A DNA stretch of 63,859 nucleotides, filler included, from Octopus bimaculoides (lineage: Eukaryota), in NCBI RefSeq assembly GCF_001194135.2. It is 5 parts of 5 records of this genome, joined end to end, with 100 filler letters (N's around TTAATTAATTAA, not from the genome) between each part and the next. Parts side by side here need not be neighbours in the genome. Positions count along the whole stretch, not along the records: positions 8,935 to 25,259 come from NC_069001.1; positions 25,360 to 45,300 come from NC_068987.1; 3 more parts are not named here. One strand, 5' to 3'. Shown one piece after another: positions 23,877 to 36,039 of this stretch (positions are counted from its first letter, which is position 1; each line of letters begins with the position of its first letter). The translations under genes and the position numbers were made by a program. The notes under the pieces were generated by a model. It made no database searches and had not been told where the DNA came from. It saw only the letters and a list, made by a program, of their open reading frames with translations.

Positions 23877-23918
<42 letters not shown>

Positions 23919-24789
23919 CGTGTCCCTCTCAGAAATGTCTGATGGTGAATGGATACATACGTCTTAGATACATGCAAACATAAACCTATCTATACTTATG
24001 TACAAGTGTACACAATCATATAAATACGTATACACACTCACATATATACGTATAACCTTAAAGTATACACATATATACGCTTATCCATCTACACATATAT
24101 GTCACTATTTCCGCAGAGAACGGTTAAAATTGAAAAATTTTTTTACACATATACATACATACATACATATAATATGCACATATTTACACACATACTCATA
24201 CGTGCATGCATGTACCCATTCATACACACACATATACTCACACAACACATACACACACTCACATACACATGCACACTAAAATACACATACATCTTGTAGC
24301 GGGCTGGATCTGGTGTGCCATATCAATCCGATACGATGTAGCCCACATCTAAATGTAGCGTATAGATGTAACGCTTCAAGGTTCTCGTGTCGAAGTAACC
24401 AGTGAACATCAACTCCAAGAAGGAAGAAATGTTATTTACATATATTTATTCCTTTACCCCACAGGTTGTTAAAGAGACAGTAGCAATTCTAGTGATAGTG
24501 ACGACAAGGAGAGCTTGATGGTTAGTAAATATGTAGAAAAAGGTTGTCTGTGAGTAGAGAGGGAAAGAGTAATGAATGTGTGGTGCTGACGAGAGAGGAA
24601 GAAAGAGTAAAGGTGGCATTGTCTTTCTTAGGCCGAAAACCTCTCTTAGTATGTTGAGCGAAGGCAAGTGCTGCTCTTGGGTAAGGCTGATGCAAATGCG
24701 GGTGTTTCTCCTTGGCCTGGCTGACACATAAGAGGAAGAGATAGAATTTTCTATCTCTTCCTCTTTCTTTGCTATGGTCAGTAATGTAT

Positions 24790-25259
24790 GTCAAACCTTA
24801 GACAAAGGACGACTGACCTTTCATTGACCAGTACTGATCACAGGGAGTGCAGTGTTTACTCATCAGTCTTCTAGTGTGGAGGATTTCCCACTCTTTTTGA
24901 CAAGCCTGTGGATTTGGTTCCAACGTGCCAGAAGGGAGGCTAGGCGACAGGTTTATTTAGCCAGAGGGGAAGCAGATAAGGAAAGATTTGCCAATGTTCT
25001 GCGCCGTGAGGACCAAAGACTCGAGGTATTTCGTGTTGCAAGACAGTGTAGGAGAGAGAATAGTGATGTTGTAGGAGAGAAATGTGTTCGCATGGATGAT
25101 AGTACGCTTGCATTAAATGAGGATGCAAAGAAAGAGGTCTGGAGATGCCACTACGATAGATTGCTTAATAAAGAGAATGAATGGGAGAAAGAGAGCCTGC
25201 CGTATGTCGACCCAATAGAGGGACCAGCTATCCGAGTTGATAGTACCAGGGTAGATAAA
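24790..25259 (+). pseudogene. RTE-like LINE fragment (EN-RT linker)
   Basis: VFRVARQCRRENSDVVGEKCVRMDD...WRCHYDRLLNKENEW. Confidence 0.75.
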
Positions 25260-25405
25260 NNNNNNNNNNNNNNNNNNNNNNNNNNNNNNNNNNNNNNNNN
25301 NNNTTAATTAATTAANNNNNNNNNNNNNNNNNNNNNNNNNNNNNNNNNNNNNNNNNNNNCTTGGATCCAACTTGTACAAATGCAAAACAAAAGTTAAACA
25401 TAAAA

Positions 25406-25490
<85 letters not shown>

Positions 25491-25493
<3 letters not shown>

Positions 25494-26060
25494 CGCAAAA
25501 GAAATCGACGAAGCAAAATCTCAACAATGGCTGAGAAGCTCAGGACTCAAAGCAGAGACTGAAGGATTTTTAATTGCAGCACAAGGCCAAAGTCTCCCCA
25601 CCAGAAATTACCAAAACCATATAATGAAAAGAAACATAACAAGTAACTGCAGAATATGTGGGAACGGACAAGAAACAATAAACCATATTTTCTTTAGCTG
25701 CCCAGTCCTGGCTAAGAAGGAATATATTCACAGGCACGACAGAGTTTGGATCTATTTACACTGGAAGCTATGCCAACACTATGGAATAACAACAGAAAAA
25801 AGATGGTATAGGCACACACCAGAATAGGTCACAGAAAATTAGAAAGCAACCATACTATGGGATATGCCAATACACACAGATAGAGTAATTAAGGCCAATA
25901 GGCCGGATGTAGTTGTCAGTGGTCATCAAGAAAAAATGCTTTCTAATCGATGTATCAATACCAACAGACGACAACGTTTCTCTAAAAGAAATGGAGAAAC
26001 TTTCAAAATACAAAGACCTGGAAATAGAGATAAGTCGAATGTGGAGTCTAAAAACAGAAA
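25491..26060 (+). pseudogene. R4/Dong-type non-LTR retrotransposon remnant (zinc finger plus REL endonuclease)
   Basis: [55 protein letters not shown]; begins right after (TAA)n. Confidence 0.88.
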
Positions 26061-26209
26061 GAATTACTAAATAATCTTTTTAAATACTATTAACTTACGT
26101 TTGACATAAGAAATGGTAATTCTTACTTGTATAAATAGGGATAAAACTTACACTAAATTATTAATTCCCGTAATATATATATACATATATATATAACGAT
26201 AATCGTCGC

Positions 26210-26750
26210 CCTTTCAAAGCCTAGCCAGGCTTATGGGCCCGGTTTTCCGGTTTCTATGGCGTATGTGCTCCCCCCATCTGGACGGGACGCCAGTCCATCG
26301 CAGCGTTACTCAAGAAACAGTGAGAGAAAGTTGGGGCGAAAGAGTATAACAGGGGTCGCCACCACCCCATGACGGAGCTTCGTGGAGCTAAGGTGTTTTC
26401 GCTCAATAAACACTCACAACGCCCGGTCTAGTAATCGAAACCGCGATCTTCCGACCGTGAGTCCGCTGCCCTAACCACTGGGCCATTGCGCCTCCAATTT
26501 TGCGCCCTTTTAAAACCTAGCCAGGCTCATGCGCCTGGTTTCCCGGTTTCAATGGCGTACGTGTTCCCCAGCTGGACGGGACGCCAGTTCATCGCAGCGT
26601 TACTCATTTTTGCCAGCTGAGTGAACTGGAGCAACATGAAATGAAGTGTTTTGCTCAAGAACACAATGCGTTACCCGGGGCAGGAATCGAATACACAATC
26701 TTACGATCATGATGCTGACACCCTAACCACTAGGCCACGCACCTCCACAT
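26210..26750 (-). mobile_element. Two adjacent tRNA-derived SINEs
   Basis: Both carry cgccctttcaaagcctagccaggct...gacgggacgccagt.catcgcagcgttactca and reverse-complement tRNA-like heads (ccctaaccact.ggcca). Confidence 0.8.
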
Positions 26751-26823
26751 ATATGTATATAGACTTGTATTATTTAATAGTATCGATCCAAAGAATACAG
26801 CGAACTTTCTAAGAGGATTAGAA

Positions 26824-26859
26824 AATCCAACGTTTCGGAAAGAACCCTTCTTCAGAAAA
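26824..26859 (-). ncRNA. Minimal hammerhead-like motif
   Basis: CTGAAGA-a-GGG-ttctt-TCC-GAAACGTT; stem I is weak. Confidence 0.4.
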
Positions 26860-27379
26860 GAAAAGTTGACAAGAAAGTAATTAAAACGGGGGCAAAGCTT
26901 TACATCCTCTGAATCAAAAAATGAAAAACTTCGCTGTCTCCCTTAAGAAGTATCTGTTTGAAATACTGGATATTTCTACTCTCTACTCGAAGCGAGTAGA
27001 TTTGATAGCGGATATTAGAAGATCGAAATCCGTAGAAATAGTTTTTGAAAAAGAACTGGAATTTTTGAATATAATATGAAAACGAAAATAAGCTATACTT
27101 ATGAAGATGAGCATGGTACTGATAACCAAAATAAAACCTTTTGCATAGCAGAATATTTTGCCGTGTACATTATTAAGTAAAGAACTCTCTACGGATATTA
27201 TAGGTGAGAAAAAAGTGTTCAACACTTATTCATCTCCGGAGTATTGATACATAAATCTATCACATATTGAAAAAGAATTGTACACGACGAATAAGAACAG
27301 CGTTACACATAGCAATTCCCATAAGCAAACGTTATCTTCTCAGATTGCAATCGCAATTATATATATGTGAGTATGTGTG

Positions 27380-27426
<47 letters not shown>

Positions 27427-27599
27427 ATATGTATACATGTACATAGATATAGATACACATAAATGCATGCATATTTATATACATACATATATACGTATAT
27501 ATGTATATACATAAGCGTATACTTAGATATATATGCATATATACATATACGTTCATATATATACACACACGGTTATATACAAATATGCTTATAAATAAG

Positions 27600-27655
<56 letters not shown>

Positions 27656-27735
27656 CGTATATGTTTATATATATATATATATATATATATTTACATAGAT
27701 CATACATATATATATATATTTACGTGCTTACATCG

Positions 27736-27808
<73 letters not shown>

Positions 27809-28149
27809 GCGTCTACGCCAGAGACAGATGAAAATGAATTCAAGCTTTTATACTGAAATATATAATATATTCTAGATCAAAAATGTATTATATATTCATT
27901 CAAATGTGTGGCTCGATTTTATTTTCAAGACTATTTCCTTTTCAGCTGTATCTATAAACTGAAAGCTCAAAAAATGGGGCGAAACCAGGTTAAAGGACAG
28001 CTAAAGGAAGAAATACATGAATATATCATGTTACATATTGAAATATTTACATATTGTGTTGTGTGCTTATTAAATGAAAGAGGTACTCAATACATTGTAT
28101 AATGTTTATAACTATCAGTTATTTGTTGACGATTACTAATATATACACG

Positions 28150-29578
28150 CACATATATGTATATATTCACCGACCTGGACCGTCGACCATCCGGCTCCTG
28201 GCCAGTTCGAAACAGTCGGTCTTTTTGCGGGCGCCTGCCAGCGTGCTGTGGACCGGTTTGACTTTTCCAAGCGTCCTCGACATCTGAACATCTCCCCAGC
28301 CGAACTCTTGGCCCTTCGATGTCTCTGACGCCGCACGGACATCATCATAAAACCGGCCGACAAGGGGGGAGCCGTAGTGGTGTGGCGCGCAAACCTCTAC
28401 AAGGTCGAAGCTCTCCACCAACTTCAAGACACCTCCTTCTATTGCCCTCTGCCCTCCAACCCCANNNNNNNNNNNNNNNNNNNNNNNNNNNNNNNNNNNN
28501 NNNNNNNNNNNNNNNNNNNNNNNNNNNNNNNNNNNNNNNNNNNNNNNNNNNNNNNNNNNNNNNNNNNNNNNNNNNNNNNNNNNNNNNNNNNNNNNNNNNN
28601 NNNNNNNNNNNNNNNNNNNNNNNNNNNNNNNNNNNNNNNNNNNNNNNNNNNNNNNNNNNNNNNNNNNNNNNNNNNNNNNNNNNNNNNNNNNNNNNNNNNN
28701 NNNNNNNNNNNNNNNNNNNNNNNNNNNNNNNNNNNNNNNNNNNNNNNNNNNNNNNNNNNNNNNNNNNNNNNNNNNNNNNNNNNNNNNNNNNNNNNNNNNN
28801 NNNNNNNNNNNNGTTTGTTCAACTCTTTCTCCTTGCTTCCTGGCCCCTCTAAACCTCTCTTCACTCTTGACATCAAGAGTCTATACACGGTGATCCCTCA
28901 CCACGAGGGCCTGCGTGCACTCCAACATTTCCTTGACCTTCGACCCAACCCCCAACCTGACACATCCACACTCCTTCGTCTGGATAGACTTGTCCTTTCA
29001 CTTAACTGCTTCTCGTTCGCGTGTTTTGTTTACCAGCATTCTCGGGAGTGGCCATGGGAACGAGAATGGGCCCCAACTATGCAAACCTGTTCGTTGGCTA
29101 CGTTGAGGCCCAAATATTCTCAAGTTTCACTGGTTCCACTCCTGATCTATACGTTCGTTATATTGACGACTGTATCGGTGTCACCTCACTCTCCCGCGAA
29201 CATCTAGACTCCTTCCTCACTTTTTTTCAAATCTTTCCATCCTGCCCCACCCCACTTCTCCTGCACTATTTCCGACACCTCAGTCGCCTTTCTCGACATT
29301 TCGATCAACAATCATCCTTCCACTCTCACCACCTTCATCCACAACAAACACACAAACTCACATTCATACCGCAACTTCTCCTCCTCCCACCCTAAACACA
29401 CCAAGCTCTCTATCCCCTATTCCCAATTTTTCCGTCTACGTAGGCTCTGTAGTGACAACCATGACTTTGAGACTCAGTCTCAACTCATGGATCGCCACTT
29501 CATCCTACGTGGATATCCCCTCACCATCATTCACACCGCCCTTGCCAGAGCACATTCCGTGGACCGTGCATTTGCTCT

Positions 29579-29580
<2 letters not shown>
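28150..29580 (+). mobile_element. Penelope-like element, reverse transcriptase region
   Basis: PADKGGAVVVWR, LDIKSLYTVIPH, GVAMGTRMGPNYANLFVG, RYIDD, FLDI, SSHPKHTKLSIPYSQF; frameshifts present. Confidence 0.92.
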
Positions 29581-29614
<34 letters not shown>

Positions 29615-31503
29615 NNNNNNNNNNNNNNNNNNNNNNNNNNNNNNNNNNNNNNNNNNNNNNNNNNNNNNNNNNNNNNNNNNNNNNNNNNNNNNNNNNNNNN
29701 NNNNNNNNNNNNNNNNNNNNNNNNNNNNNNNNNNNNNNNNNNNNNNNNNNNNNNNNNNNNNNNNNNNNNNNNNNNNNNNNNNNNNNNNNNNNNNNNNNNN
29801 NNNNNNNNNNNNNNNNNNNNNNNNNNNNNNNNNNNNNNNNNNNNNNNNNNNNNNNNNNNNNNNNNNNNNNNNNNNNNNNNNNNNNNNNNNNNNNNNNNNN
29901 NNNNNNNNNNNNNNNNNNNNNNNNNNNNNNATATATATATATATATATATACACATAAATAGAAGAGAGAAGAATGGAACATATGCTATAAAGCATTTTA
30001 CACGATGCTCTAACAACTCTGTCAATTACTTCGGATAAAAACCAGTAATATACCGAAGTACCGATTCAGTTGACTGCACTTACAGCAGTCCTTGTGTTAA
30101 CCCTGCTGTCACCCTACGATGTATCTTCTCATGGTAAAGATACATCTCTCTTAATAACACATTCCACAATGATAAAGTCATCCTAACGGATATGGTTCAT
30201 ACGAGGAGCTCTGTCTAGCTGACAAACAAAACTGATCGGCTTGTTTGATAAATCACGCTCAAATCACATCTTACTGTTTTAATCAGGAAATGAACCCATT
30301 GCAGAATGTGATTCTAGAAACTCCAAAATTTTTTTTAGAATTGGATGGTTTGTTCAATCGGGATTGACCCTGGACAACACAACTACTACTACTACTACTA
30401 ATACTACTACTAAGTCTATTGCTACATCTGTGCTGCTGTTACTCCTTCCATATCTAAGTCGGAGTTTCTAATCGATCATCCGGCCTGCTAGAAATAGCAA
30501 ACCAAGACTTTCTTTAAAAATTTTTCTGTTTCTGTTCTGTTAGGACACATTGCACAATATAGTACGAGATGTGCAATGCTGGAAAGAAAGGCGGTATAGT
30601 CATGGATGGAACCTCTTTGCTCAGTCATGGTTGATCTTGGTCTAAACTACAGTTAGAACATTAATAACAACAGCAAAAACATCTACAATTTTCACTTGAA
30701 CTCTGAAGAAATTTTAAAACATTAAATATTTGCAAAGTAGTTTTAACAACTAAAAGAGCAGTAAAATTTTACATCGTGTTATCGAACTAAATTTATAGCC
30801 TGTTTTAGGAGAAAACTATTTCCGATAAGACCCTTATAATTCTGTTAGATTTGAACGAAATATTTTAAACGTTAAAAGAAAAGATAATAATATATAAAAG
30901 GGAGAGAAAATTTCACACACCATTGACATGGAAAACGTTGCAAAAACTCCTACTCTATTGAAGAAAGACTATGTACACCAAAGAAAAGATTGCCAAAGTT
31001 TTCTGTTTAACAGCTTCTGTGGAGAATATATTTACCAAGTGTGAACAACAAGTCAATGATGCCTTCAAATGTTGCTTGGACAATCTACTAAGACATGAGT
31101 GCTTGATGACTGCTAGTTCGAAACTTAAATATTAAGAATAATGTCTATTAACAGAACCCGTTTAAATTTTAACACTACGCAGTACAAACACACACACACA
31201 CACACATAAATACACACTCTTACACTCACAGTGAGAGAGTGAGAGAGTGAGAGAGAGAAAGAGAAGAAGCAAGTGGGAGATATTTAAGCATACTTAAATA
31301 GCTCCAGTTCCAGACTATTTGTTATTGCTTCGGACAGTATCACTGGCAGACAGAAATCACCATCGATTTGAACATATTAAATAATTGCATTGCATTGTGT
31401 CCGGCTGGGTAGTGTTTGGTGTTATTGTATGTTGTTGTTGTATGTCTATTTGTTTGGGTAGAATAAGATGGAAGGTGAGTATGTCTGCTTCTGCGTCTTT
31501 GTG

Positions 31504-31550
<47 letters not shown>

Positions 31551-32099
31551 ATTTACGAGTGTGAATGAGTAGGTGTGTGTGTGTTAATGTGTTTGTTTAT
31601 AATACGATAATATAATATATAAAAGTCAACCATCCGATTNNNNNNNNNNNNNNNNNNNNNNNNNNNNNNNNNNNNNNNNNNNNNNNNNNNNNNNNNNNNN
31701 NNNNNNNNNNNNNNNNNNNNNNNNNNNNNNNNNNNNNNNNNNNNNNNNNNNNNNNNNNNNNNNNNNNNNNNNNNNNNNNNNNNNNNNNNNNNNNNNNNNN
31801 NNNNNNNNNNNNNNNNNNNNNNNNNNNNNNNNNNNNNNNNNNNNNNNNNNNNNNNNNNNNNNNNNNNNNNNNNNNNNNNNNNNNNNNNNNNNNNNNNNNN
31901 NNNNNNNNNNNNNNNNNNNNNNNNNNNNNNTATATATATATACAGACAGACAGACAGACAGAGACAACGAGTCAGAAAGACAGAAACAGAGAGAGACAGA
32001 GAAGGGGGAGAGAGGAGAAAGATAAAAAGAAAGAACGAAAGAAAGAAAAGCTATAAAACAATTCAACATTGAAATGAAAGATTATTCAATACATTTTTG

Positions 32100-32141
32100 T
32101 AGTCCGACGAAGTCCAGAAGGCCGAAACTTCGAAGTCACTG
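32100..32141 (+). ncRNA. Decayed hammerhead-like motif with palindromic stem III
   Basis: tagt-CcGAcGA-agtcc-aga-aggcc-GAA-ACTTCGAAGT-C-actg; core has substitutions. Confidence 0.35.
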
Positions 32142-32289
32142 TCACCCTCTTCATATAAGCGCACGCACATACCTATGTATATGTATGGATGTATGGGTAC
32201 ATATATATGTATGCGCATGTGTGTAAATATTTATATATGCAGATATATATATGTATATAAGTATGTATATATATACGTGTGTGTATGTA

Positions 32290-32325
<36 letters not shown>

Positions 32326-32398
32326 TGTGTTTATATCTACAACCTGGTATCAAATTAAGATATTCGATTCACTATCATGAGATTCCAGATTCGGTATG

Positions 32399-32437
<39 letters not shown>

Positions 32438-32481
32438 NNNNNNNNNNNNATATGGTCGTGTGTGCGTGTATATGGTGTGTG

Positions 32482-32525
<44 letters not shown>

Positions 32526-32546
32526 TCTGTGTGTGTATGTATACAA

Positions 32547-32577
<31 letters not shown>

Positions 32578-33318
32578 CACACACACACACACAGAGAGAA
32601 AAGCTGGTATCTAATTAAGATATTCGGTTCGCTATCAGGAAGTTCCAGATTCGATATCACACCCATGTTTCGATTTGACCAAAGTCTCGTGAGGGATATT
32701 TTGACGTACGAGAAATGTTCGAAAACCCGTTAGGTAGCCTGAACTTGAAATTAAAAGGGCCAAACCTTGTGGCACACTGATTGTCCATGAATATCACGTT
32801 AAATATACTCTTCTTTGAGGAATATTCAAGTCTTTGCACGCTAAATCAGTAAGTAGACTGCTTTGTTGATCAAACAACTAAAGCAGTCATCGTCGAAACC
32901 GACGTGGTATATGAGTGTATATGTGAGTGTACTCATGTGTGTATGTGCATGTGCATGTATGTATATACACATTCATAGCTATATGCATAAATGTATGTAT
33001 GCATATATACATGCATACATATTTCTATTTATCAGAAGTTAGTAAATGTTTCTCTCTGTTGCTGCATAATGTATATTGACAAATGATGTCGTTCAGGCAA
33101 CACCAAGCTAGATGTGTACTGTTGCCAAAGCACTGGGTGAGTTGGTTTTCGTGCTAGATTTATGTCACACTTCTGTCACGTAGGAGTTTATGTAGTACCT
33201 GAGGCAATGCTTTATTGCCATCGTGTAGCTATCTCCTGTCTCCCGTCTTTTATATGTGTGTATGTGTGGGTGTGGGTGTGAACACCCCCCACATACATAT
33301 ATACACACATATTTATAC

Positions 33319-33352
<34 letters not shown>

Positions 33353-34174
33353 CGTATATATACATATAGATATGATGTATATGTACAAATATATATGTNN
33401 NNNNNNNNNNNNNNNNNNNNNNNNNNNNNNNNNNNNNNNNNNNNNNNNNNNNNNNNNNNNNNNNNNNNNNNNNNNNNNNNNNNNNNNNNNNNNNNNNNNN
33501 NNNNNNNNNNNNNNNNNNNNNNNNNNNNNNNNNNNNNNNNNNNNNNNNNNNNNNNNNNNNNNNNNNNNNNNNNNNNNNNNNNNNNNNNNNNNNNNNNNNN
33601 NNNNNNNNNNNNNNNNNNNNNNNNNNNNNNNNNNNNNNNNNNNNNNNNNNNNNNNNNNNNNNNNNNNNNNNNNNNNNNNNNNNNNNNNNNNNNNNNNNNN
33701 NNNNNNNNNNNNNNNNNNNNNNNNNNNNNNNNNNNNNNNNNNNNNNNNNNNNNNNNNNNNNNNNNNNNNNNNNNNNNNNNNNNNNNNNNNNNNNNNNNNN
33801 NNNNNNNNNNNNNNNNNNNNNNNNNNNNNNNNNNNNNNNNNNNNNNNNNNNNNNNNNNNNNNNNNNNNNNNNNNNNNNNNNNNNNNNNNNNNNNNNNNNN
33901 NNNNNNNNNNNNNNNNNNNNNNNNNNNNNNNNNNNNNNNNNNNNNNNNNNNNNNNNNNNNNNNNNNNNNNNNNNNNNNNNNNNNNNNNNNNNNNNNNNNN
34001 NNNNNNNNNNNNNNNNNNNNNNNNNNNNNNNNNNNNNNNNNNNNNNNNNNNNNNNNNNNNNNNNNNNNNNNNNNNNNNNNNNNNNNNNNNNNNNNNNNNN
34101 NNNNNNNNNNNNNNNNNNNNNNNNNNNNNNNNNNNNNNNNNNNNNNNNNNNNNNNNNNNNNNNNNNNNNNNNNN

Positions 34175-34790
34175 CTCTCTCTCCGCACCCGCCACACCGT
34201 TACCCGTCTCTTATTTCCTCTCACCTAGTACCCCTCCACCCTGCCTCTCTAATACACCATTCTCCGAGCCTTCGGGCGACTCCACTCCGATGTCTCCACT
34301 TCGCACATTTTCCGTAACCTACCCCGCCCTTCCTTCAAACGTGCCCACAACCTACGTGACCTCCTGGTCCACAGTTTCTTCCCTAACCCCACGTCCCAAC
34401 CCGGCTCGTTCCCCTGCTCCCTCCCACGCTGCCGCACTTGTCCCTACCTCTCCCGCACCACCATCCTCACAAGCATCCATCATCGACCCTATCATATCAC
34501 TGTCTCCACCTGCACTTCTAGCAACGTCATTTACTGCATCTCCTGCTCTCTCTCTGTCCTTCTCTGTACATCGGTCAAATGGGACGCTGCTTGGCTGACC
34601 GGTTCGCGGAACATCTCCGAGACATCAGACTCAGCAACGACACCCCAGTCTCGCGCCATTTCCGCTCTACCGGTCATTCTTTACAATACCTGTCTGTGTT
34701 CGGATTGTGCTGGCACAGGAGACACCCTGTCTCCCGTCTTCGCTGTGAGCAGGAATTAATCTTCTCTCTTCGCACCACATGAACTCAACT
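34175..34790 (+). mobile_element. Penelope-like element, linker plus GIY-YIG endonuclease
   Basis: NLRDLLVHS, PCSLPRCRTC, NVIYCISC...YIGQMGRCLADRFAEHLRDI...VSRHF...EQELIF. Confidence 0.92.
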
Positions 34791-35844
34791 CGCCTCCTCT
34801 CTCCTCTTTATCTCTCGCACCTACTTCCTCTCTTCGCTCCCACCCACTTTCTCCTTTACACCCTCTCCCTTCATCGTTACCCCTTCCATCCACAACCCAC
34901 CTTTACACATCCCAACCCCACCATCTCTGTACATCCCAATCCCACCCCATCCACCTACACATTTCACTCCAACATACCCCACCTACACACCCTCAGACCC
35001 TCAGACCCTATTCCCACATACCCACCCCTACTCCACATCCTCACCCCACCCTTGCATCCCCTACCCTCGCACACACGACACCACACCACTCATCACCACA
35101 CCACATCATGCCACACCGCACCACACACAACTACACTAGACACCACCACCCACACATCTCCACATCACAATACAACACACATCACCACACCACATCGCAC
35201 CACCCTGCACACACTAGCACTGACCACTTCTCGGGATCCACACTATCATCCACACACCTACACATGCAAACACTCACACACACGCTCTNNNNNNNNNNNN
35301 NNNNNNNNNNNNNNNNNNNNNNNNNNNNNNNNNNNNNNNNNNNNNNNNNNNNNNNNNNNNNNNNNNNNNNNNNNNNNNNNNNNNNNNNTATATTAATATA
35401 TATATACACACGCAGAGGGAGGGAGGGACACAGGCATGGCTGTGTCGTTAAGAACTTCACTTCACACACATACGGTCCCTATAATTTTGTGGGTGCATAG
35501 TATTATCTTTTTATCTTTATTTTGATTTTTGGTATTAGAGTGGTTTGCCCTTCTGCAGCATCCAGTTAAATGTTGCTGCTATGTGGGTATGGGTATTGGT
35601 GAGGTACCTTGTCTATCCTTGATGTTTTCCAGTTGTACCCGTGATCCCCTGTGCTTGTGATGGTGGGCCATGTCTATGGTGCTATTTGGTTCTTTCCTTT
35701 TTCCGTATTATTTTTGTTGCTGTTGTTGTTATTATTATTTTGTTGTTGTTATTATTACTATTACCATTATCATTATTATTATTATTACCATTATTGTCAT
35801 TATCAATATTTTTATGCTTTTTCTATGTGTGTGTACATATGTCG

Positions 35845-36005
35845 GCGCAGGAATGGTTGTGTGGTAAGTAACTTGCTTACCAGCCACATGGTTCCGGGTT
35901 CAGTCCCACTGCGTAGCAACTTGGGCAAGTGTCTTCTACTATAACATCGGGCCTACCAAAAACTTGTGAGTGGATTTGGTAGTCGGAAATTGAAAAAAGT
36001 ACGTC
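35845..36005 (+). mobile_element. OK-type SINE
   Basis: Matches the consensus at 5989. Confidence 0.85.
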
Positions 36006-36006
36006 G

Positions 36007-36039
<33 letters not shown>

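Noticed and set aside
24446-24794. Possible exon after ttaccccacag, or CR1/L2 3' remnant
   Set aside because: All + frames after the acceptor hit early stops, and the LINE motifs are too decayed to call.
27332-27810. IYIY/HTHT/CVCV ORFs here and throughout
   Set aside because: Translations of (TA)n, (CA)n and (TAGA)n microsatellites.
30919-31134. Short + frame MYTKEKIAKVFCLTASVENIFTKCEQQVNDAFKCCLDNLLRHECLMTASSKLKY*
   Set aside because: Only ~54 codons, no recognisable family, and an apparent upstream frameshift; cannot distinguish a terminal exon from decayed TE or chance.
34790-35288. His/Thr/Pro-rich ORF
   Set aside because: Degenerate CA-rich simple sequence after the Penelope stop codon.
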